A stretch of 64,000 nt of DNA from NCBI RefSeq assembly GCF_004010195.1, contig NC_057719.1, positions 32,713,948-32,777,947 on the forward strand, written 5' to 3'. The DNA is from Chiloscyllium plagiosum (Eukaryota). Numbering within the stretch: position 1 is the first letter of the stretch; each line of letters starts with the position of its first letter. The position numbers and the translations under genes were made by a program. This document shows, in pieces, positions 13,870-26,096 of the stretch. A model generated the notes under the pieces. That model saw only the letters and a program-made list of their open reading frames with translations. It was not told the DNA's origin and did no database searches.

Positions 13870-15665
13870 CCATACCTGAAAAGAGGTTTATTGAACATGA
13901 ATGAAAAATCATCTTGGCAGCCATATTGTCTTGAATATGGACACATTTTCTATGGAATTTAAAATAAAAGTTCAAGCCTCATCATCATCTATTACATCTT
14001 GTGCTTTTTATATCAATGCTCTGGATCACACAAATTCTCCAATGCAGTTTTGTTTATAATTCTAATCCAAATTCTTGCATATAGTTTTTTTTTGTCAATG
14101 CTTGGGATTTCAGAGTGTATAATTATGCAATCTTTAGACTAAAAAGTATTTTTTGAATTAATTTAAAAGATCAAATAATTTAAACAAAAAGGATCACAGA
14201 ATTTTAAAACCAGCAATTTGAGTGTAGTCAAGAACAATTTGAGACCATGTGGCTAAGGTCTGAAGTGTTTCATGTGACTTGATTGTGACCTTGTCCTTTT
14301 CTTCTTGAGTTCCAAAGGCAACATTACATTTTTCACCCCTGTTAAAGTAGGAAAATAAGATGTAACAATCGGCACAGATTTGGATAATGGGGCAGAGGCA
14401 TGTTGCCTTCTTGTAGTCTTCAGTTAAGACTTCAATCCCAAAGAAAACTCCATGCTTGCAAGCCTAAAAATCACAGGTGATTCAGCACAGTTTGTCTTGT
14501 CACTAAAGCGCTTTCACACAGACTGCCTATTTTTCAATCTGAATGGAGATTACTGTAAATAAGTTCAATCCATCATCTGTTTGCTACTTCTGCACTGTGC
14601 ACATTTCCAGAAACCTTTGCTCTGGTGATCGCATTTGCACTCAATAACTGTACAAAGTGATGCTCCCAATATTCTACAGGATCCCAGGTTGCAAGCCACT
14701 TTGATGGCTTTAACTAAATGCCTTGTCCAAGGGCTTTGATTGTAACTCGAGTTTCTCTTGGAGGAACGATACAGTGGTTGTTTGCTTTCCTTGCCTGTTA
14801 ATTGTAGGAATCAGCTGCGACATATATACAAAAGGTTCCACACACTCCATTGTTAGCAGTGCAAAGTGTTTTGTATTGAAATGATTCAGGCAATTCTTCT
14901 ATATGTTTTTTTCCAAATTGAAGGCACTTGGTTTTATGGCATGTCGTGAACAGTGGGTGATTTAGGTTCCTCACTTCAGACAGATGACCAGTTGCGTTAT
15001 CGTGGCCACAAGCAACTCTTATGTAGCCCAGTACTATTTGAGCCCAGTTCACATACAGTGGGCAGAAATGCATGCAGAGACACCAAACATATAATAAAGC
15101 ACAGCAAAGTTAACAGTGAAGAGGTGGGAAAGGAATAAAACGCTTGCTACAGATGGTTGAGAGATCAGGTATTCACAGCATAATAGACAGCCACAGTTAT
15201 CGAATGCTTTGCTGAAAACTCTGAAGGCAAGTAATTGTCAGCACTTCTGTTACCCTGTTTCCAGTAGGAAATTCCTTTGTTGGCCAACCATTATGTCTCC
15301 TGGCGACAAGCATCTCCGTCCAACTGTAATTAAACTAGCTAGATCTTTGTGCTTTGACAAAATTTCTGTAGCTCTTTCAGAGTCCATCTTGATGGAGTTG
15401 TACTTTCAAACGCCTCTAAAGCAACTTGGAAAGCTCTTCTCTTTCTTGGGTTCACCACTTTAGACATATACAGTTTTTTGTTTGTTTTTGTTTAAATCTG
15501 GCATCCTTTCTGATCCCCCCTTGATGCCTTCCACCATCACACGTACAGTTTGAGTCTGCAATCAGCTGATGAATCTTTGGTAATTATTCTCGAAGGTCCA
15601 TAGATAAAGATTCATTCTTTGTGCAATGCCTGATGAATCTTTTCACAGCCTCTGCCATAATAAGG
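13870..15665 (-). other. mdga2: Probable mdga2 3' UTR (minimum extent)
   Basis: Repeat-free AT-rich sequence between the stop codon and the candidate polyA signal. It contains neural miRNA seed matches. Confidence 0.55.
13887..13892 (-). promoter_or_regulatory. Candidate polyadenylation signal (AATAAA) for mdga2
   Basis: AATAAA on the minus strand about 1.8 kb after the stop codon, followed by a GT/T-rich tract (ggtatggtgtgacttattg). Another AATAAA near 13338 could give a longer UTR. Confidence 0.5.
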
Positions 15666-15757
15666 TCACCTTCGATGACTTAACATGGCAATAAGAAGAG
15701 TGACTGGAAACAGCCATAAATGTATTAATACGGAGGCTTCACCACCAGTTTTTAAAT
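15666..15757 (-). CDS. mdga2: mdga2 last coding exon (GPI-anchor signal)
   Basis: Acceptor ttcactttttctcaaaatag|AT, phase 1. Encodes (N)LKTGGEASVLIHLWLFPVTLLIAMLSHRR*, matching the recalled MDGA2 C-terminus (...ILVHIWLFP...ILSPRR). TGA at 15668-15666. Confidence 0.92.
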
Positions 15758-16060
15758 CTATTTTGAGAAAAAGTGAACATTAGTAAATTTCTTTAAAGGT
15801 GTTTCTGAAAAATGTTACTTTCATTAATCACATTAATAATAAAGATTTCAATGAAAGAAAAAAAATGTTAAATGGTTATAAACTACAATTGCTGAATGTA
15901 CAAGCTAGCGGTGGAAGATTTTTATCTTGCCCTTTTGGTTAGAGAGGACTATCTGGCTGGAGGTTACTTGTCTGAGAGGAATCCTGATCCTATAACACAG
16001 CTCTCCAGTTTTGCTTCTACCCTGTAGCTATTTGTGTTTGTGTTGCAAAAACAAAATTTT

Positions 16061-17901
16061 ACTTCATTTTGTCTCACTAGCGGTTGGCCTTTGCTGATAA
16101 TAAAAAGAGAAAAAAAAATTGCAACTGGGACCAATCATGATTATTTTATCAGTGATTTCTTTTCTTTACCATTAATCATCCAGACTTACAAAGGTAACAT
16201 CTATTCTTTCTAGAGAGAAGAGAAGAAAGGAAGGAGGGAAACTGGGAAGTTCAGAAACTAAACTGAGAACCGAGCTCATGTTTGTTCAGTGATTTAAAGC
16301 TTGAGAGAGAAGAGTATATTGCCAGGATTTGTGTTTCTGTAACCTGAACAGTTAGTTTTTTTCTGATGTTGCTGAATACAACTATGTTTACTTCATAGTT
16401 TATGTTTGCCTAATTTTCTGCTTCATAAGTTTTCCAAAGGTTATATTCAAGAAACATGCCTCCCGACAAAGAAACAAATTGAGAAAGCTAGCTTTATACA
16501 AGGAGCGTAACAAAAGAGTTGAACATTTTGCAGAATATTTCTTGTTTCATTCACAATACTTTTGTCACCATGTGAGAATTGCCCCTTTCTAAGAATAAGA
16601 ACCATTTTGGTCAGCCTCCTGGGGACAAACGTTCAATTATCAAACTTCACAGAACAGAGGCAACACTGCTGTGTCATGCTCAAAGGCCTGTTTTCAAGCC
16701 TTTCACGTGACTTAACCACTCCATAGTGAAACATATACTTATGAAAATGGAAATTGTCCCTTGATTTTAATTGCATTTTTCCTCTTGGTTCACTCAAAAT
16801 ATCTGAGGGGTAGACCAAAATTCAAAACTTTTTCTCACTACAGACATTACCAGAACCTTGAGGGAATAGATTGAAAGATAGTCTAATTCAATTTCTTTTA
16901 CAGGGATTGCAACTGTCTCTGTAATAGTTTCATCTCATGAAAAGTCAATTTTCCATCTTCATGTATGAGCTAATCGTGTGGAAAAAACCTGAAAATACGG
17001 TCTTTTAATTTCTTGATGTTTGCGAGGCCTTCTTGTGCAAGGATTGGCTACTGTGTTTCCTAAAGCATAACTGTGAAAGGTAAAAGCTGCTTTGGAAACT
17101 CCTGAATGCAAGAATTATGCATGCATATTCCTTTTTCTATTGTTCTTCCTTACCTTCTTCCTTCTCTTATTCTTTCATTCATTATTTTGCTTCTTTCAAC
17201 TTTCTTTTTTCTTTCTCTACTTCATTCCTCCCGAGCCCTGTACTAACTTCTTTTTCCCATTATAAGATCTTGAGCAGATTGGACGTGGTAGACAGCCAGA
17301 GGATGTACCCTCTTGTGGAAGAGACTAGAACTAGAGGAATTGAGTAATAAGGTTTCCTTATTAAGGTACAGGAGGAGAATATTTTTCTCTGTCAAAGGGT
17401 CATTACTATAATTAATTGTATTTCACGGAAGGTAGTTAAGGTGATATCTTTATCTAATTTGGCCTTGAATGAATTTAGATTTTTGATAGACAAGGAATTT
17501 GAGCATTATGGGTTTCTAGCAAGAAAGTGAAGTGAAGACCACACCAGGTTGGTAGGTTGGAAAGTGAGGACCAAGGAGGTTCTGTCCTAGTAACGGTTGG
17601 AGGGGTGGGGTTTGAGGGTGGAGGTGTTTGGCCTAGACCATACCAGGTCAACCATAATCATATTGAGTGGTGCAGCAGGTTCAAAGGATCAAATGGTCTT
17701 CACTTCCTACCCTCAACTTCCCAGTTTCCCTCCTTCCTTTCTTCTCTCTAGAAAGAATAGATGTTACCTTTGTAAGTCTGGATGATTAATGGCAAAGAAA
17801 AGAAATCACTGATAAAATAATCATGATTGGTCCCAAGTTGCAATTTTTTTTTCCCTTTTTATTATCAGCAAAGGCCAACCGATAGTGAGACAAAATGAAG
17901 T
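16061..17901. repeat. Long inverted repeat with arms 16061-16251 and 17715-17901
   Basis: Arms of about 190 bp are near-perfect reverse complements (a few substitutions and small indels) around a spacer of about 1.46 kb. Confidence 0.92.
17260..17710 (+). mobile_element. Old CR1 3' fragment containing a short Penelope-derived insert (17550-17636)
   Basis: YKILSRLDVVDSQRMYPLVEETRTRG is the CR1 ORF2 C-terminus. The insert is flanked by acca(c/t)accaggt at 17538-17549 and 17637-17648. Confidence 0.65.
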
Positions 17902-18034
17902 TCTGATGCCCTCAGTTGTGTGGCTGGCCTGCAACATCTTATCACTCACTAGTTCCTCTATGTGGAAGGAATATTGTTGAAATGTCATTATCAAGTCTGA
18001 CATATTCCTTAAAAGAAATTGGCTCACTCCAGTA

Positions 18035-18380
18035 ATCATAGAAACATAGAAGAACATAAGAACATAAAAAAAAGGAGCCTGCTCCACCACTCAAGGAGAT
18101 CATGGCTCATCTTCTACCTTAGCACCATATGCCCACACTATCCTCATATCCCTTGGTGTCTTTAATATGTGGGAATTTATTGATATCAGTCTTGAACATA
18201 CTCAATGACTGAGCTTCCACAGTTATCTGGGACTGTTAGTAAAAAAACACTTAGTAAAAAAAAGTCTCCTCTTTCTATTTCTAAATGATTTACACTTGTT
18301 CTAGGCATGCCAGCCAGGGGAAACATCTTTCATAAATTAATCCTGTTAATTCCTGTAAGAATTTTGGCTGTTTGAATGCA
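18035..18380 (-). mobile_element. Old CR1 3' fragment
   Basis: Reverse tail catagaaacatagaagaacataagaacata followed by degenerate CR1 3' sequence. Confidence 0.6.
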
Positions 18381-18384
18381 AGAA

Positions 18385-20037
18385 TCAATGCTGGGTCCAC
18401 TGGTTTTTGTCACTTACATAAATGATTTGGATGTAAACAAGGAGGTATGGTTAGTAAGTTTGCAGATGACACTAAAATTGGAGATGTTATGGACAGCAAA
18501 GACGTTTACCTGAGAATACAATGGGATCTTGATCAGATGGGCCAATGGGCTGAGGAGTGGCAAGATGGAGTTTAATTTAGATAAATATGAGGTGCTGCAT
18601 TTTGGAAAAGTAAATCAGGGCAGGACTTATACACTTCTTGGTAAGGTCATGGGGACTGTTGCTGAACAAAGAGACCTTGGAGTGCAGGTTCATAGTTCCT
18701 TGAAACTGGACTTGCAGGTAGATAAGATAGTGAAGGAGGTGTTTGGTATGCTTTCCTTTATTGGTCAGAGTATTGAGTATAGGAGTTGGGAGGTAATGTT
18801 GTGTCTATACAGGACATTGGTTAGGCCACTGTTGGAATATTGCATGCAATTCTGGTCTCCCTCCAATAGGAAAGGTGTTGTGAAACTTGAAAGGGTTCAG
18901 AAAAGATTCACAAGGATGTTGCCGAGATTGGAGGGTTTCAGCGATAGTGAGAGGCTGAATAGGCTGGGGCTGTTTTCCCTAGCATGTCAGAGGCTGAGGG
19001 GTGATCTTACAGACTTTTATAAAATCATTTGGGTGTGGATAGAGTAAATGGACAAGGTATTTTTCCTGAGGTAGGGGAGTCCAAAACTAGAGGGCATAGG
19101 TTTAAGGTGATAGGGGAAAGATATAAAAGAGATCAAAAGGGAGCCTTTTCCACGCAAAAATTCTCCTTCAAGGATTTATTAATTTTATAGAGGAATTAAG
19201 GATTTATAGAGGAATAGGATTGTGTGTTTTTATATGGAATGAGCTGCCAAAGGAAGTGGTGGAGGCTGGTACAATTATGACATTTATAGAGTCATAGAAT
19301 CATAGAGATGTACAGTATGGAAACAGACCCTTTGGTCCAACCCGTCCATGCCAATCAGATATCTCAACCCAACCTAGTCCCACCTGCCAGCACCCGGCCC
19401 GTATCCCTCCAAACCCTTCCTATTCATATACCCATCCAAATGCCTCTTAAATGTTGCAATTGTACCAGCTTCCACCACTTCCTCTGGCAGCTCATTCCAT
19501 ACACGTACCACCCTCTGTGTGAAAATGTTGTCCCATAGGTCTCTTTTATATCTTTCCCCTCTCACCCTAAACCTATGCCCTCTAGTTCTGGACTCCCTGA
19601 CCCCAGGGAAAAGACTTTGTCTATTTATCCTACCCATTCCCCTCATAATTTTGTAAACCTCTATAAGGTCACCCCTCAGCCTCCGATGCTCCAGGGAAAA
19701 CAGCCCCAGCCTGTTCAGCCTCTCCCTATAGCTCAAATCCTCCAACCCTGGCAGAACGCTTTCGCTCCGATGGATTGAGAAACTAAGTTAAAAGATGTGG
19801 TAGAAAGGCAATTGATACAGTCATAGAATCATCGACGTATACAGTACAAAAAACAGATCCTTCAATCCAACTCATCCGTGCCAAACATCTGGATGACTGT
19901 ATGAATAGGAAGGGTTTTGAGGGATATGAGCCAAATGCTGGCAAACGGTATTAGATTTATATCGGATATCTGGTTGGCACGGATGAGTTGGACTGAAGGG
20001 TCTGTTTTTTGTACTGTACACCTTGATGATCCTATGA
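18385..20037 (+). mobile_element. CR1 (HER1-like) 3' portion, interrupted at about 19286-19884 by a younger inverted CR1
   Basis: ORF 18529-19047: MEFNLDKYEVLHFG...YRTLVRPLLEYCMQFWSP...ERVQKRFTRM. The element resumes at 19885 (catctggatg...aataggaaggg). Confidence 0.9.
19288..19751 (-). mobile_element. Young 5'-truncated CR1 copy
   Basis: Open ORF 19374-19745(-) LSYRERLNRLGLFSLEHRRLRGDLIEVYK...GYGPGAGRWD with a ctatgattctatgactcta tail. Confidence 0.92.
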
Positions 20038-20106
20038 CTGTATCTATTGCCTTTCTACCACATCTTTTAACTTTGTTTCTCAATCCATCGGAGCTAAAGT
20101 GTTCTG
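19752..20106. repeat. 133-bp inverted repeat (19752-19884 versus 19974-20106) with an 89-bp spacer
   Basis: Direct comparison gives about 10 mismatches in 133 bp. The arm includes non-CR1 flanking DNA (20040-20106). Confidence 0.92.
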
Positions 20107-21942
20107 ATCATTTCATAGTTTCTTTGGTTTAGATTTAATCCCCTATTTCAACTACTTCAACTACATCACTTTCAAACTTATTATAAAATTCTATCATATT
20201 GTGGTAACACTTTTCAAACAAGATTATTAACTAGTCCATGTTCATCGCACATTCCTGGATTTTATAAATCTGCTCCTTCATTGGTTCCTCAATGTACTGT
20301 TCGAGAACACCACCTCGCAAACTTTCCAAAAAATCATCTTACTCAACATTAGTATTAATTAGGACTACCTAGCCTATATGTAGATTGAAATCTCCAATGA
20401 TTACTGTACTACCCTTGTTGTAAACACCTATTTATTGATTTATACCATGATTTACATTGTCACTGATATTTAGTACTTCATACCAAAGTTTTGTGTTCTT
20501 TGCTCGTTCTTGCTATGACATCTTGAACTTTGAAACTAAGTATTGCACAACAGTATTAATGCCTGCTTTAATTGACAGAGCCACACCACCACCTTTTCTC
20601 TCCTTTCTATGGTTCATGAATGTGATACCCTGTGAATTCATGTCCTGGCTTTGGTTTTACTTATTACCACATCTTTGTAATGGTTTTTGAATCAAACATA
20701 TAAATGTCTATTTGTGCTAACAATTCATCTGTTCTATTGTGAATGCTGAAGGCATTCTGATACAGAAACTTTAATTCAACATTTTTAATGTGTTTGCAAA
20801 CTTTGGCCTGAGTTGCTGGAACACTCTTAAATGTGTCATCACTGTCCCTTGTCCCTTCATCTCATACTTTGACTATCACTACCGTTATTGCTATTCAGGT
20901 GAATCCATCCCAATAGTAGAGCTCCGACTTTCCCCAAAGTGGGTACCAGTGCCCCACACACTGTAACCGACTGCTCCTACAGCAGATTTTTACTTTTATT
21001 TACCCTTTTCCTAAAACTTAAGTGGTTAGACCATGATAGGAGGATATTCAGCCAGTCATGTGCTATAATGTGAACAGTACATAGAACTTGGATAATAGAA
21101 TTATCCACCTAACATCTCAACGGCAGTCAGTAAACTTTCACATTTAACATTTGGCTAGAACTGTCCTCAATGCCATTCCATTAATTTCAGATCCATGAAG
21201 TACTCAAAATAATAAAGTCACTTGTATCTGAATATAAGAACCAGGTTAATTAAAAGCATTAATTCCTCTATAAAATTAATAAATCCTTGAAGGAGAATTC
21301 ATTTTTAATACACCACATGAATATTCTTCACAATCTCCATGAAGTATTTGATGTTACATATTGGCAGCTATGCTGTAAAATAAATCCCAGCGTCTGACTG
21401 GGAGACAGGATGTGGAGCAAAGCACAGCATCTTTCCTCTTTACCCAGGCCACTCTAGCTCATAATCCAAAGTGACACCACAGGTCCATGTTATTTGTTGT
21501 TTTCCTTTTGTAGACTTCTAAAAATATATAGCTCACAAAGGAAATGCTGGCATCAAAGTCAGCCTGGTACAGAGTTCACTGAATGCCTCACAGCTAATGA
21601 CCAGCTGGCTATGAAGTGTTGGCATTCAATAATGATGGCAGTCAGACGTTATAACTTAATTTAACAAGGCAATAAAATTTTAACATTGCTAAATTAACAG
21701 TGGCAATTATGTCAATTATTGGGAGATGGATGTAATTAATTTTAACTAGGCTGCAATCCATGAACTTTTTGATTTTTAATTTTTTTTTCCTAAGCATACT
21801 GAGTCCAGAGTTAAACATAACATGGTCAGTGAAATGAAAACATTAATATGTGCTTTAAAACAGTGATAGCTCCCTGGAATCAGTGTAGCAGGGTTACTTG
21901 TCTCCAATACCCATAGGGGGCTCATTTTACTGGGAAACAAGA

Positions 21943-22261
21943 GGGTGGCATGGTGGCTCAGTGATTAGCACTGCAGCCTCACAGTGCCAGGGACCTGGGT
22001 TTGATTCCAGCCTCAAGCAACCATCTGTGTGGAGTCTGCACTATTCTCCCTGTGTCTGCATGGGTTTCCTCTGGGTGCTCTGGTTTCCTCCCACAATCCA
22101 AAGGATGTACAGGTCAGATGGATTGGCCATGATAAATTGCCCCTAGTGTTAGGTGCATTAGTCAGAGGGAAATGGGACTGGGTGGGTTATTCTTTGGAGG
22201 TTCAGTGTGCACTTGCTGGGTCGATGGGCCTGTTTCCACAACTGTAGAGAATCTAATCTAA
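21943..22261 (+). mobile_element. V-SINE (HE1-like), older copy
   Basis: tggctcagtg head, V core, gggcctgtttccaca tail and aatctaatcta end. Confidence 0.85.
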
Positions 22262-22590
22262 GAACATGTATGATTATGGAATGTCTCAAGCACTTCTGAT
22301 CAATTTATGACTTTTGAAGTATAGATTGCCTTTGTCTTGTAACGAAATGTTGAAATCAGTTTATGTAAAGTCCCACGGATTGAAAATTAGGAAAAAATGT
22401 GTTTGGGGAATGAATGCTAGCCAGAACCCAAACATCTTTGTTCTTTTTTAAAGATCACAATAAAATGTTTTTAACTTCAAAATGAACAAATAAGCTGCTG
22501 TCTGAAATACAACACCATGACACTGCAGGACTTCAGGTGAACTGTACAAAAATCATAACTTTGCTTAGAGGAGACTGCACTGTATCAAAG

Positions 22591-22825
22591 AGGGAGTACC
22601 ACCTATCCACTCCATCCTCCTCACCGATCTATCACCTTTATCCCCACCTCCATCCACCTATTGTACTCTTGGCTACCTTCTCCCCAGCCCCACCCCTTCC
22701 CATTTATCTCTCCACCCCAGAGGCTCCCTGCGTCATTCCTGAGGAAGGGCTTTTGCCCGATACGTCGATTTTCCTGCTCCTCGGATGCTGCCTGACTTGC
22801 TGTGCTTTTCCAGCACCATTCTAAT
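22591..22825 (+). mobile_element. Penelope pLTR fragment with 16-bp TSD
   Basis: ctgcactgta(t/a)caaag at 22575-22590 and 22826-22841. The hammerhead core is mutated (GATAC). Confidence 0.75.
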
Positions 22826-23045
22826 CTGCACTGTAACAAAGTCAAGGGACCAGACTTAGAAATGTATGGGCTCCATTCACCAGTTGGTGAGACTAGGCAA
22901 ACCCGCTACGAAAATTCTGTATATCCAATTTGCAATTTATTGACAATCAGGCAATTTTATTGAGCAGTGTAGGGCTCCTTATTATGGTCAGGGCAATATC
23001 CTGCCTCCATGAGAGGGAAGCTACTCAGAGGCCATCAACTTCACT

Positions 23046-23150
23046 GAGCTTTGACAAAGGGTCAGTTAGACTCGAAACGTCAGCTCTTTTCTCTCCTTAC
23101 AGATGCTGCCGGACTTGCTGAGATTTTCCAGCATCCGCAGTAATTTGCTT
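23046..23150 (+). mobile_element. Second pLTR subfamily with a hammerhead-like fold
   Basis: gagct-TTGACAA-agggtc-agtta-gactc-GAAACGTC-agctc followed by agatgctgccggacttgctgag. Confidence 0.6.
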
Positions 23151-23539
23151 TTAACCCCACTGTACTGGCAGCCCTTGGCCTTCTCGATAGCAGGAGGCTG
23201 AGGGTGTAGGATCATTGCTGGGCTGAAGGTTGGGAAGATGGGTTTGCCGCAGAATGCCGGTGGGTTCTTGTTTATGGGAGGTGCCTGTCATTACATGGAG
23301 GCCAAGTCCCTGATGAATCCTTCTGTTGGGCACAAGCTGCACCAAGAAGAAGGGATGCCCCTCATGAGACCATGGGCAAAGCCAGCTGGCTTGTGCACAT
23401 GGTGTAGCCCTCACTTACCACACATTATTTACCAACGAAGCTGGCAAAGAAACTTTGAAGAACCTCAGCTTCTGAGTGGGAAAGCTGTCCTCAACTCTTC
23501 CCACCCCAAAGTTGGTTGAGGGAGCCAGGAACGCTCCCT

Positions 23540-24310
23540 GTTTACACCAATTAAATGAGAGCTTCTGCCATTTCCACTACTTACAGTCAGACCCCATCAG
23601 GACAGATATATTTCCCTCACCACCCTTACCAGCCTTCCGCAGAGACCATTCCCTCCTCAACTCCCTCCCTCGTTAGGTCCACACCCTCCACTCCCAGCCC
23701 CTTTCCTTGCCACCGCAAGAGGTGTAAAACCTGCATCCACACCTCCCCTCTGTCCAAGGCCCCAAATGATCCTTCCATATCCAGCAGAGATTTTCCTGCA
23801 CATCCAAACATCTCAACTACTGTGTCTGTTGCTCTCAATGTGGTCTCCTCTATATTGGGGAGATAGGACACCAAGTTGCAGAATGTTTCAGGGAACGTCT
23901 TTGGGGCACACACACCAAACAACCCCATCGCCCTGTGGCCAACCACTTCAACTTCCACACACACACACACACCACCCCCACCCCACTCCACCAAGGGCTT
24001 CTGCCTTGGGACCTTCCAACCACATGACATCAATGTCAATTTCACCAGTTTCCTCATCTCCCCTTCCCCCACCTTATCCCAGATCCTACCAAACACAGCT
24101 GGGCGAAAGGTCACACCTTCCCTCCAGCCCCAGCCCCACCCCCACCCTCCTATTTATCTCTCAGCCCCCTCCTCTCCCCTAGTTTCTGATGAAGGGCTCT
24201 TGCTCGAAACATCGATTCTCCTGCTCCTCCAATGCTGCCTAACCTGCTGTGCTTTTCCAAGGCCACACTTTTTGATTCTGATCTCCAGCATCTGCAGACC
24301 TCACTTTCTT
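23540..24310 (+). mobile_element. Penelope-like element 3' part (GIY-YIG endonuclease remnant and pLTR)
   Basis: DIFPSPPLPAFRRDHSL, FPCHRKRCKTC and YCVCCSQCGLLYIGE motifs, then a pLTR ending ccagcatctgcagacctcactttct. Confidence 0.85.
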
Positions 24311-25274
24311 CTCGGGGTTAAAGTATTACCAATTCTCAGAAAAGAGAGGGAATTAATTTCCACACAAGGTTATACAGTCAAATCTCAGAAGAAAATTGTT
24401 TCTCAGTTGTATTCTTACTTTGCAGTACATTATGACATTGCATGAGACTGAGAGCATATGAATCACTGAGACTACAGAATCACAGAAATGTTATGGTGTA
24501 TCAGAAGGCCATTTAGCCTGATGGAGTTACTCTGGCTGTCTGAGCATTTTAACTCTGTGCCACTCTCCTCCTTTTTCCCTTGGTTTCTCCTTTGTTTCAA
24601 TTTGAACTATCATTTCATGGCCTCTTGAATGCCTTCATTCATCCCAACTTCAGCACACCTACGTGATGTGCATTCCAGATGCACATTTCTCACCATGTGA
24701 AATGATTCTTCTCAGATCCCACCTGCTTCTTTGGTGAAACATTTTAAGACTGTACCCTATGGTTCTTGATATGGTTTATGAGTTTTCTTAAAATTTTGAA
24801 AACTTCTATCAAATCTCCTGTTAGCATTCTCCTCTCTGAGTAAAACTGTCCCAGCGTATTCATTCCTCCCTCAAGGAATCATTCTCTTCTGCAGTCTTTC
24901 CAATGGATTCACATCCTCTCTATAGTGTGTCACCCAGAAATGTACACAATACTCCAGCTGAGGTCTAACCAGTGTCTTACGTATTTTCATCATAACCTCC
25001 CTGCTCTGATATTCTACATTCCTTCTTTATGATGCCTAGAAAATTTGCATGCTTTATTAAAAGCTCTCTTTTCCTGCCCATCATTATTAATGATGGTCTC
25101 TCTGCTCCTGTGCACCCTGTAGTATAGACCTTCATATTGTCTCACAATGTTCTTTGTATCAAAGTGTATCATCTTACACCTCCTTGCAAGGGCTCTTGTG
25201 GTACAATGGTCCCTTCCTCTGGTTCAGAAAGTCCAGGTTTGAGTCTCACCCAATCCAGACACATGTCAAAATAT

Positions 25275-25408
25275 AGGCAAAAGTGAGGACTGCTGCAAAT
25301 GCTGGAGATTAGAGTTGAGAGTATGGTGCTGGAAAAGTATAGCAGGTCAGGCAGCATCCGAGGAGCAGGAGAATCGACGTTTCAGGCATAAGCCCTTCTT
25401 CAGGACTG
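25275..25408 (-). mobile_element. Penelope pLTR with hammerhead core and 11-bp TSD
   Basis: tgtcaaaatat at 25264-25274 and 25409-25419. Minus strand reads agtc-CTGAAGA-agggcttatgcct-GAAACGTC-gatt (25403-25376). Confidence 0.82.
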
Positions 25409-25498
25409 TGTCAAAATATGCCTGAGCAGGTTGATTAAAAATATCAACATTTCTCTGCATTGAATTTCTATCTGCGATCTACCTTCTCACTCAACCAA

Positions 25499-26096
25499 TG
25501 TAATAAGGACCAGGCCAGACCCCGTCAAAAGATTTCAAGAAGGTAGCCGTGATCTAACTTTTTTTTAATTTTAAAGGCAGGTGTGAGGTGGATATTCCAG
25601 GTGTGATGCAGCTGGTCAAACAACTCAGCCTTAAGCAAAACAGATTTTTTTTAAACACTACAGTTGAAACACAAACAAAAAAAACAGAATTTAGAATAAC
25701 TTAACTACTTGAAAATTCAACCGACTCGACACTGCAACATAACTAAGGAGCTGTTCCAATTCCTGTAACATCCCATAAACGCACCCCTTGGCAAAATGTA
25801 AATCCAAACACAGGTTTTTACAGGCAGGAAAGCTTTCAGAGAGAAAAGTCAGCCAGGGATCATCTGATGAAGCATGAAATATTTTCTCTGCTGCAGCTTT
25901 TGTGCCTGCTACCAGCAGCTTCTGTGCTGCAACGAAACCAAACTGGGAAAAAAAAATGAACTGGGAGAACTGGCCATTTCCATGCTATTGTTAAACTAGG
26001 CTCTTTCTGAGACATTTCAGCACTTCTGCCATTCCAACCTATCTTAAAAAAAACCCAAGGGCAAAATAACTCTGTTAAAGTGATAACACTATCACA
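25499..26096 (-). mobile_element. Solo LTR (probably Gypsy type)
   Basis: About 600 bp with TGTGA...TTACA termini. It interrupts a CR1 and is homologous to 3879-4428. No TSD seen. Confidence 0.6.
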
